Below, in pieces: positions 12,979 through 23,515 of a stretch of DNA of 64,000 nt. The stretch is from Convolutriloba macropyga (lineage: Eukaryota), in contig NC_134468.1 in the NCBI RefSeq assembly GCF_964194025.1, positions 38,006,001 through 38,070,000 on the forward strand, given 5' to 3'. Positions within the stretch are counted from its first letter, which is position 1; the number at the start of each line of letters is the position of its first letter. The position numbers and the translations under genes are program-made. The notes beneath the pieces are model-generated. The model worked only from the letters and a program-made list of their open reading frames with translations. It made no database searches and was not told the origin of the DNA.

Positions 12979-15692
12979 TTTGTTCCGACCCACTGTAGTG
13001 GGGAAGGAACTATATACTCAAATGCTTTTTTTTTTCAGTAAATTTTCGCAGATCGATTTATTCATTGTAGAGGCTTGTGAGTGTTATCATTGGAAAACTT
13101 GCCTAGCGTAAAACTTCAAATTAAAAAGGTTTTTTTAGCTTCAATTTCTCCACAGAGTTTTGAAGTTTTGTGAACATTTGACTGATTTTCGATCTTATTG
13201 TTCGCATTTTCATTAGTTTTAGCCAATTTTGCTACAAAATACAATAAATTTGGTAACAATAGTGTTGTTGGGTTTAACTCTAAAAACAAACGGGTATTGT
13301 TGTATTGTTTGATCCAAATCTTACATCCAAAATGGCACGAAATTAGCCTCTTCGATACACTCTGCGTACATTTAACGGATTAAAACTCATAAAAACTGCT
13401 GACACAATCTCCGTTAACTACAAAGAGCCATTTTTATTTGGTATCCTTTGAGACTGTTTTTGAATTAAAATTGGGCCGGTTTTTTGCTAAATTAACTCAA
13501 AAATTATGCACAAAGCATCATTTAATTTAAATATATTGACTCCTTTTGTCAAATCAAGCATATGCATAATATTCAGAACAAGTCCCTGTTACAAAAAGAC
13601 AAACGGCAATAGCAAGGGTAGTTTTGGTCTAATCGTTGTTTCTTAAAGTCCAAAACAAAATTCGGATTGTAATCAGTCGATGCTTTTTAAACCATTTTCC
13701 CATTTCAATATTCTTACGTTAATTATGGAAAACGACAATTCAAATCAGAACGTACTAATGCAAGGTCCAAATCGCGTCCTATGGAGTTTCAACGAAACTC
13801 ATCTAGTCCTTTAGTCGAAAACTTATGGTCTTTCACTTTTAAAAATACATTTATAACATGAACAATGGATTATTGACCTTTGCGACTTCTTTCCTTTTGG
13901 CTAACTTGGCGCTTAACGTAGGCCAAGCCAGTCCCAATTGTGTTTCTAACAAATTGAAAATTGAAACTTAATTCGATTTTTTGTTGTAGGTAACGGTCCT
14001 GCTTCACACGAGTTTTCATTTAAAAAAATTATTTGTGGAATTTTTCTATTATTGAGGTTCATTATCTCTTCTTGCCATATTATTGACAAATATAAAAAAA
14101 TTGGCCTTTGAAAAGCAGGCACACAGCAGTCATTCAGCGAATAGATCATGGTATTATCTACTTCGACACCGCATTTCTAGCAGAAATTATGCATTTTATT
14201 TTTAAAATTTTCGTCGTTGTATGTCATTCTGTAGTCGTTTCACACATTCTGGATAAATATAAGTCTTAGCATCTTCCAATGGATGTACAAAGTATTCACC
14301 TCTTTAGTGATTTCAGTAGATAGCTAAAGTATTTCACGACCGAAATCAGTTGTTTTAAAGTATATACGCTTTATTAAACTTAAAATTAACTGTTCTTTTT
14401 GTCTATTTGTTACATAGTCTCAATAATTACAGGTTGCATTTCAATTTATTGGCGTCGAGTGAAGGCACAAAAGACATCTCGAACGTTTCTAGTGCATCGT
14501 TTGTTATAGCGGCCCCGACAACGGTTTTTCGCAGAAGGTTAATTTTCTAGTTTTGTCTTCGTTTGTCGTTCATTTTGTAATCAATAATTGCAGATCTTAG
14601 AGGCATCCTATAGAAAAGAGGAGCATATTAGAAAAGAGGAGTTCGGTTGATAGCTAAAATTTTTCATGTCTTTGGAAACCAATTTTAAAAAATAGCTATT
14701 TTTTTGCATTCTCTGTTCTTTTCTGTCTACTTGTTACCTAATCTCATTAACTGCAGGTCACATTTCAATTCACTGGTGTTTAAAAAACATAATCGAACAT
14801 ATCTACGGTTTTTTTGTATTGCTTACTGTTCTAACAGATTAAATGCAGGTTTTTGGCACAAAATGTTCAACTAATATTTGATTCTTGCGTATTTATCGTT
14901 GTGTTTGTAGACGTGACATAATCTGAATGACAGATATCGATAACTTTTTTGATTAACAAAGGAATCTAATAAGGTATTTCAGTTGCTAGCTAATGTTCTT
15001 GTCTTCGAAATTGTTTTAAAAAAAAACACATATTTTCTCAACTTTTCCTTTTCTTTTTTTTAATACTTGCTACCTAGTCTCATTATTCAAGGGTCATATA
15101 TCTCATTATTGTTGTTCAAAGAGGGCAAAATTGATCATCTATTATTTTTCACGGATTAGAATCCGGCCTTAACGTATGAATGAACAGAAACCTATTTAAG
15201 GGTCTGAATTGATATAATGGTTTTCATTATTTGAAATTATTTGTTTTAAAGAAATCAAACGTTTTTTTTACCTGAGTCATTTTTGTTCTCTTTTTGTTTC
15301 TTTTGTCTACTTGTAACCGAGTGTCAGTAAGTACTGGTACCATGTTTTTTTTAGTGAAATACAAAATATTTTGTTGATTTTAGGTTTTATTGACGCTATT
15401 TTTACTTGGTTATTATGTAGATTTAAAAAAAACAGATATTGATTTTTTGGTGTAAAATTTGTTGAAATTTTTTGTTTCTGTTGTAATAATGGCAGATCTC
15501 ATCGGTCCATTAATTGGCATTATATACACTACTAAGTGATTGCAGTAGGGAGCAAATTTATTTATACACCAATTATTTTTTGATCAATATGTGAGTTTTC
15601 TATCTCTTCATATTCTAGACAACTAAGCCAAGCTTGCAGATAAGTGGGGTCAGAACAATATGTGCGAACGCACATTACCGAAAATCCTTGTT
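12979..15692 (+). mobile_element. HINE family 1 copy C
   Basis: 5' tttgttccgacccactgtagtggggaaggaactata; 3' gggtcagaaca + atgtgcgaacgcacat + ccttgtt. Interior diverged from B and D. Confidence 0.72.
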
Positions 15693-18600
15693 GAACTATG
15701 AAGTGAAAAAATAAGCTATAAGCTAAAATTTAATTGTTGAAACTGTACAATTAAAAATACCCAAAAAAGTTCAGTTTGTTTCTCTTATCAAAAGTTCTGT
15801 TCTGGAAATTTATTAGAGCTTAGGTCAGCTCGCAATATTTCAACTGAACATGAAGCGAACGAGAACGGCAATCAGGCGCATATTCAACAACACGTGTTCG
15901 AAACATCTGTGCCCAATAATACACATAAATTTGTACGTGAGTTTCATCGGTTGACTTAATTTCAGCTGCGGAAAACTACAACGTGCATTTCAAAATTACT
16001 TAAGCGGAGTCGAATATTTATTGATATGTACAAAACTTTTTGTTCCGACCCCACTTGTGGGGGAGGAACTATATACTCAAATGGGTTTTTTTTTGTTCCG
16101 TGAATTTTGGCCGACCGATATATTCATCGTAGAGAAATGTGCATGTTATCATTAAAAAGCTCGTCCAGCGTAGAATTCGAAATTAAAAAGATTTTTTAGA
16201 ATTTCGTTTTTTTCGAGGAGTTATCGAGGTTTAAAGTTTCATGTGAACACTTAATAATTGGTTCACTTTTACCGTAATTTTCGTTCGAATTAACGTTTTT
16301 TCTACGAAAAATTTAATTCAAAACTAGATTTCACGCCAAAGAGTAAATCAATTTTAAGTTTTTAATAGACGAAAGGAGATAATAAAGACTAGTTCTAGTC
16401 TTAGAGGGAAGTTTAATATATAAAAAAAATTCGAATTAGGTTTGGGAGCTCTTTTTTTAGAAAATTTTGCAATTTTTTTTTGTTTTCTCAAGTCACCTAG
16501 AGACTACTAGACACTTTTAATATCGAAGTTCCGTTAATGACAAACCTCTTTTACGATCAAATGAAGCCCAATGAACAAAAAATTTGTTTCAAAGGGATCG
16601 CTCCTGTTTTTTTTTGGATTCTTATCTCAAATTTCGTAATTTCAAATGAAATTTTGATTTATTTTTTGAGGTTTTACTAAAGTTTTATAATCCTATGGCA
16701 TAAACTTGTTGACTAAAGGTGCAATAGATTTGCTAATGAGCATTAAGTGAACCTATCTAGTGCTGTGAGTGGACAGCTAATGGCTGTTAAGACTTTGAAA
16801 ATTAATTTTCGAATTTTTTTTAAAATTAGTAAATCAAAAACTTATTGTTGTGAACTGTAAGTTCGTCTCAGTAAAAACAGGATTGAACTCCTTCATACCA
16901 CTTCAACATAAGTTAATCTCATTGGCGGCTTTTTCAAATAACTATTGGTTATACGTCTTCAATGCCACAAGATTTCAAATTTTTAAAAAAATTTTTTGGA
17001 CATTTCGTTTTATTGGTTCATTTTGAAATCTTATCACGTCATCCTAATATTGATGACTACATCTTTCTTTAGTGAAGACGTCCAAAGGATCATAGATAAA
17101 ATTTTCTGGGAGAAAAATATGGTTTAAATGGCTTCAGCACTTCCTTCTACCATTTTTCTAAAGAAATTTTGGTTTTTGCCTGTATTTTTTGTTTTTTTTT
17201 CATAGTCATAAGACATATTAGGATGTCCTATTGATTACCTAGGCATGATAAACATCCTTGTATTCACATCGTGGCATAGCTGAGCGTATTCATTGAATTC
17301 CTATGCAAGCTTTTGAGTTTAATGGCTGTTAAGACTTTAAAAATATTCTTTTTTTGAAATTTTTTTGAACATAAATCAATCTTAAGCTTATTTTCGTGGA
17401 TTGTAAGTCAGTCTCGGTAATGACAGAACCGCTTTTTTACATCAACAACAATTTATCTAGTTAGCGGTTTTGTCTTCTAACTATTGGTTTTTTTGACTTC
17501 GGTGCAAGAGTTTTCATAATTTTTTATAATTTTTGGATTTTTTTTAGTAATTTTGGTTCCTTTTGAAATCGTATTACATTATCCTAATATTGATAGCTCC
17601 CATTGGCTTAGTGAAGACGATCAATGTATCGTTGAAAAAGTTTTCAGAGAAAAAAGCTTATGGTTTAAATAGCTTCGACACTTTCTTCTCTCAATTTTCT
17701 ACCGAACTTTTGAATTTTGCCTGTTTTTGTTGTTGTTTTCATAGTCAGTCAATGACTTGATGTAATGTCTTATTAAAAAATTTTGAATGACAAACATCCT
17801 AGTCGTCACATCATCTAGGCATAATTTAGCGTATTAAATGCCTTCCGTTGAAAGCTGTAGAATTTTATGACTTTGATACTATGGGGTTTCTCAAAAATTT
17901 CGTGGTTTTGATGTTTTTTCTGTGCCATACGACTTATTGTGATGAGTTATTGATGTCACATGAATGAAACCTATGATTGCTATTTCATCGAGGCAGAATT
18001 TAGTGTGTTTAATTAACTCCGTTGAAAATAATTGAATTTAATGTCTTTGATACTAGGGCTTTTCTCAAAAACTTCGTGGTTTTAATATCTTTGTTTATAT
18101 TTGTTGTTTTTCAAGTCATTTTGTAACAATAGAAACAATCACCTTGCTGTTAAAAAATTAATTGAAAATAGAAGTTTATACTGAAAAGTTCATTCTCTAA
18201 TGGCTTTGAAACTTTTCTCGCTTAATTTTTGTGAGTTTGCTGTTTTCGATTTTTTTTATTTTTAGGTAGCCGTGAAATTCTGATCGATCTCATAAACCTG
18301 TAATGTTGCCTGTAATTTTGCCCATAAACCTGTATTGAGTGATGTTACCCAAAGCAGTCAGTTTAAAGCCAATAGTCTTAAAAATTATGATATTATTCAT
18401 CTTCAAAGATTTTTCAAACTTTTCAGTTTTTTTGTTCTTTTCGTCAACTTGTTCTCGTCATTGAGAACTCCACTCCTATTCCTTGAATTTCAAAAAACAA
18501 CTTGTCTACTAATATTATGTCGTAACTGATGTTTTGTTTGGTGGACATTATGCTTTTTCATAAAAAAATATTGTGAGTGGTGTATTTGTGTTTTTTTTCT

Positions 18601-18728
18601 CTTCTTTTAGCTTATTCAAGTAATAACAGATCCCAATGATTTTCAAATGTGGCCCAAATGAACGAGTTTCCTTTCTCTTTCAGTATAATATTACCTGAAT
18701 GAGTATAAATGTAAACTGAAATAAAATT

Positions 18729-19197
18729 AAAACATAGCCGGCAGATTGCCGGAATAGCTGCGAAATAGACTTGCGTGCCGTAAAATACAGATGGAAAAAG
18801 ATACAGAAGTGAGTTGATAAAAGTTATCGCCGCCGCCTTTACTTACAAGTTTATTTCAAAGGAGGTTGTTTTTGGTGCAAAAAAATTTCGCTGTCGCGTC
18901 TCGAACCGGCGATCTCCGGAATAACAGCCAGTCGCCTTAACCACTCGGCTGTCGGACCATACAATCTCTTTTCTTACAATCAACTTTGTTTTAGGAACAG
19001 ATTCTGTTTCTGAATAACCGCAATTTAGGTCACGCAGAAAGCGTGAAATCAAGCGCGAAAAAGCCATTTAAGCAGTGACGAGACAGAATGTTCTAGAACA
19101 AATGTAAAACGAAAATGAAGCGTCAGACGACGAAACAAAAAAAAACAAACCAAGAGCACCGCAATATAGCTACGCTCAGCTTACAGCTTCGCAGCTA
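18729..19197 (-). mobile_element. HINE family 2 element (about 470 bp), array unit 1
   Basis: On - strand: 5' TAGCTGCGAA...CGTAGCTATA (subTIR plus local IR); 3' subTIR TTCGCAGCTA (18755-18764), hairpin CCGGCA-ATC-TGCCGG (18738-18752), then CTATGTTTT. Confidence 0.7.
18886..18958 (-). ncRNA. tRNA-derived Pol III cassette (pseudo-tRNA, GTT/Asn-like anticodon), unit 1
   Basis: GGTCCGACAGCCGAGTGGTTAAGGCGACTGGCTGTTATTCCGGAGATCGCCGGTTCGAGACGCGACAGCGAAA followed by T7. It has an A box with paired D arm, a CTGTTA loop, a B box GGTTCGAGAC and a terminator. Acceptor and T stems do not pair, so it is not a functional tRNA. Confidence 0.65.
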
Positions 19198-20448
19198 ACT
19201 ATTGGTTTTTTTTGACTTCGGTGCAAGAGTTTTCATAATTCTTTATAATTTTTGGATTTTTTTTTAGTAATTTTGGTTCCTTTTGAAATCGTATTACATT
19301 ATCCTAATATTGATAGCTCCCATTGGCTTAGTGAAGACGATCAATGTATCGTTGAAAAAGTTTTCAGAGAAAAAAGCTTATGGTTTAAATAGCTTCGACA
19401 CTTTCTTCTCTCAATTTTCTACCGAACTTTTGAATTTTGCCTGTTTTTGTTGTTGTTTTCATAGTCAGTCAATGACTTGATGTAATGTCTTATTAAAAAA
19501 TTTTGAATGACAAACATCCTAGTCGTCACATCATCTAGGCATAATTTAGCGTATTAAATGCCTTCCGTTGAAAGCTGTAGAATTTTATGACTTTGATACT
19601 ATGGGGTTTCTCAAAAATTTCGTGGTTTTGATGTTTTTTCTGTGCCATACGACTTATTGTGATGAGTTATTGATGTCACATGAATGAAACCTATGATTGC
19701 TATTTCATCGAGGCAGAATTTAGTGTGTTTAATTAACTCCGTTGAAAATAATTGAATTTAATGTCTTTGATACTAGGGCTTTTCTCAAAAACTTCGTGGT
19801 TTTAATATCTTTGTTTATATTTGTTGTTTTTCAAGTCATTTTGTAACAATAGAAACAATCACCTTGCTGTTAAAAAATTAATTGAAAATAGAAGTTTATA
19901 CTGAAAAGTTCATTCTCTAATGGCTTTGAAACTTTTCTCGCTTAATTTTTGTGAGTTTGCTGTTTTCGATTTTTTTTATTTTTAGGTAGCCGTGAAATTC
20001 TGATCGATCTCATAAACCTGTAATGTTGCCTGTAATTTTGCCCATAAACCTGTATTGAGTGATGTTACCCAAAGCAGTCAGTTTAAAGCCAATAGTCTTA
20101 AAAATTATGATATTATTCATCTTCAAAGATTTTTCAAACTTTTCAGTTTTTTTGTTCTTTTCGTCAACTTGTTCTCGTCATTGAGAACTCCACTCCTATT
20201 CCTTGAATTTCAAAAAACAACTTGTCTACTAATATTATGTCGTAACTGATGTTTTGTTTGGTGGACATTATGCTTTTTCATAAAAAAATATTGTGAGTGG
20301 TGTATTTGTGTTTTTTTTCTCTTCTTTTAGCTTATTCAAGTAATAACAGATCCCAATGATTTTCAAATGTGGCCCAAATGAACGAGTTTCCTTTCTCTTT
20401 CAGTATAATATTACCTGAATGAGTATAAATGTAAACTGAAATAAAATT

Positions 20449-20915
20449 AAAACATAGCCGGCAGATTGCCGGAATAGCTGCGAAATAGACTTGCGTGCCG
20501 TAAAATACAGATGGAAAAAGATACAGAAGTGAGTTGATAAAAGTTATCGCCGCCGCCTTTACTTACAAGTTTATTTCAAAGGAGGTTGTTTTTGGTGCAA
20601 AAAAATTTCGCTGTCGCGTCTCGAACCGGCGATCTCCGGAATAACAGCCAGTCGCCTTAACCACTCGGCTGTCGGACCATACAATCTCTTCTTACAATCA
20701 ACTTTGTTTTAGGAACAGATTCTGTTTCTGAATAACCGCAATTTAGGTCACGCAGAAAGCGTGAAATCAAGCGCGAAAAAGCCATTTAAGCAGTGACGAG
20801 ACAGAATGTTCTAGAACAAATGTAAAACGAAAATGAAGCGTCAGACGACGAAACAAAAAAAAACAAACCAAGAGCACCGCAATATAGCTACGCTCAGCTT
20901 ACAGCTTCGCAGCTA
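20449..20915 (-). mobile_element. HINE family 2 element, array unit 2
   Basis: Same termini as unit 1. Confidence 0.7.
20606..20678 (-). ncRNA. tRNA-derived Pol III cassette, unit 2
   Basis: Identical to unit 1. Confidence 0.65.
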
Positions 20916-22153
20916 ACTATTGGTTTTTTTTGACTTCGGTGCAAGAGTTTTCATAATTCTTTATAATTTTTGGATTTTTTTTTAGTAATTTTGGTTCCTT
21001 TTGAAATCGTATTACATTATCCTAATATTGATAGCTCCCATTGGCTTAGTGAAGACGATCAATGTATCGTTGAAAAAGTTTTCAGAGAAAAAAGCTTATG
21101 GTTTAAATAGCTTCGACACTTTCTTCTCTCAATTTTCTACCGAACTTTTGAATTTTGCCTGTTTTTGTTGTTGTTTTCATAGTCAGTCAATGACTTGATG
21201 TAATGTCTTATTAAAAAATTTTGAATGACAAACATCCTAGTCGTCACATCATCTAGGCATAATTTAGCGTATTAAATGCCTTCCGTTGAAAGCTGTAGAA
21301 TTTTATGACTTTGATACTATGGGGTTTCTCAAAAATTTCGTGGTTTTGATGTTTTTTCTGTGCCATACGACTTATTGTGATGAGTTATTGATGTCACATG
21401 AATGAAACCTATGATTGCTATTTCATCGAGGCAGAATTTAGTGTGTTTAATTAACTCCGTTGAAAATAATTGAATTTAATGTCTTTGATACTAGGGCTTT
21501 TCTCAAAAACTTCGTGGTTTTAATATCTTTGTTTATATTTGTTGTTTTTCAAGTCATTTTGTAACAATAGAAACAATCACCTTGCTGTAAAAAAAAATAA
21601 TTGAAAATAGAAGTTTATACTGAAAAGTTCATTCTCTAATGGCTTTGAAACTTTTCTCGCTTAATTTTTGTGAGTTTGCTGTTTTTGATTTTTTTTATTT
21701 TTAGGTAGCCGTGAAATTCTGATCGATCTCATAAACCTGTAATGTTGCCCATAAACCTGTATTGAGTGATGTTACCCGAAGCAGTCAGTTTAAAGCCAAT
21801 AGTCTTAAAAATTATGATATTATTCATCTTCAAAGATTTTTCAAACTTTTCAGTTTTTTTGTTCTTTTCGTCAACTAGTTCTCGTCATTGAGAACTCCAC
21901 TCCTCTTCCTTGAATTTCAAAAAACAACTTGTCTACTAATATTATGTCGTAACTGATGTTTTGTTTGGTGGACATTATGCGTTTTCATAAAAAATATTGT
22001 GAGTGGTGTATTTGTGTTTTTTTCTCTTCTTTTAGCTTATTCAGGTAATAACAGATCCCAATGATTTTCAAATGTGGCCCAAATGAACGAGTTTCCTTTC
22101 TCTTTCAGTATAATATTACCTGAATCAGTATAAATGTAAACTGAAATAAAATT

Positions 22154-22625
22154 AAAACATAGCCGGCAGATTGCCGGAATAGCTGCGAAATAGACTTGCG
22201 TGCCGTAAAATACAGATGGAAAAAGATACAGAAGTGAGTTGATAAAAGTTATCGCCGCCGCCTTTACTTACAAGTTTATTTCAAAGGAGGTTGTTTTTGG
22301 GTGCAAAAAAATTTCCCTGTCGCGTCTCGAACCGGCGATCTCCGGAATAACAGCCAGTCGCCTTAACCACTCGGCTGTCGGACCATACAATCTCTTTTCT
22401 TACAATCAACTTTGTTTTAGGAACAGATTCTGTTTCTGAATAACCGCAATTTAGGTCACGCAGAAAGCGTGAAATCAAGCGCGAAAAAGCCATTTAAGCA
22501 GTGACGAGACAGAATGTTCTAGAACAAATGTAAAACGAAAATGAAGCGTCAGACGACGAAACAAAAAAAACAAACCAAGAGCACCGCAATATAGCTACGC
22601 TCAGCTTACAGCTTCGCAGCTATAA
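22154..22625 (-). mobile_element. HINE family 2 element, array unit 3 (intact 5' terminus TTATAGCTGCGAAG)
   Basis: subTIR 22180-22189 pairs with ttcgcagcta ending at 22622; hairpin 22163-22177. Absent at the homologous position of family 1 copy B (about 12235), so it is an insertion. Confidence 0.72.
22312..22384 (-). ncRNA. tRNA-derived Pol III cassette, unit 3
   Basis: As unit 1 except the 3' end reads CAGGGA instead of CAGCGA. Confidence 0.65.
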
Positions 22626-23515
22626 TAAAATTCAGATAACAGCTAATGATTTTAATGGCTTCAATAATTTATGTTATTGGTCGTAATTTTTTGAGATTTT
22701 CTGCGTCTTTGAGTAAATTGTTCGTTTTTTTGAGATTTTCTGCGTATTTAGTTTATTCCTATGATTTAGTCTCAGCAAAGACAGGTCCCATTAGTTTCAT
22801 ATTGACTTTTTAGTAAATTTATCAAGAATTATTTTGTTAAAAATTTAAAGATTTTTTTTCTGACTTTTGAAATTATGTGGTTTAAGAAATGTTGATTGAT
22901 CTTTGACTTTAACCTCATTTTTTTTCTCTATGTCAATTTTTTACCTAATCTCATTATGAAAAACATACATCTGCTGTATAGTTAGCAAAAACTAAATTTG
23001 TGGAGTTAAGGTTTTATCTGATTGCATTTTGACGTTGTTACTAGGTGCTTTTAAAATTATATATTTGGTTTCTGCCGTGAAAATTTTGTTTTTGCATATT
23101 TTGTTGTTTGCTGTATTCTCTCGTAGTCTTTTTATCGGTAGATCTCGTGAGCGCTGTAATGAGAAATGGCATTATGTAATTCAATTTGTAGTTAGGTTTT
23201 GTAGCATTTTTTTTTAAAATTCAAACATCTATTTTTGTTATCTCTTCGTTTGGTTGACAATTAAGTCAAAACTGTAGATGAGCTCGGGTCGAAACATCAT
23301 GTGCGAACGCACATTAACGAGCCGCCTTGTTACTTTAAAAAAACAGTCACATGTCAACAGTTACAGCTCCATTCAATAATCGAGCTCATGAATTCAACAA
23401 AAAATTCGTACAGTTAGATGTTAATTCAAACATAGTTTTAGTCTTAACAGAAATAAAAATGAGATATAAAACCAGGCAGAAACCTCAGCGAACAATACAA
23501 CTTCATTATTAGCAA

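Larger units (their letters stand above)
17477..22622 (+). repeat. Three-copy tandem array, period about 1718 bp (units start at 17477, 19195, 20913)
   Basis: Near-identical units (identical ORFs at 17563/19283/21001). Junction is gcagCTAactattgg with 3-nt microhomology CTA. Confidence 0.97.
16037..23331 (+). mobile_element. HINE family 1 copy D, with nested family 2 element and internal triplication
   Basis: 5' tttttgttccgaccccacttgtgggggaggaactata; 3' gggtcgaaaca + atgtgcgaacgcacat + acgagccgccttgtt. Collinear with copy B outside the nested insert. Confidence 0.75.

Noticed and set aside
18886-22384. Functional tRNA-Asn genes
   Set aside because: Acceptor and T stems do not pair and the anticodon loop is 8 nt; treated as a tRNA-derived cassette.
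4400-22493. Repeated short ORFs (99, 76, 74, 65, 64 aa) recurring two or three times
   Set aside because: Recurrence reflects recent DNA duplication; the F/L/K-rich translations are typical of AT-rich non-coding repeats.
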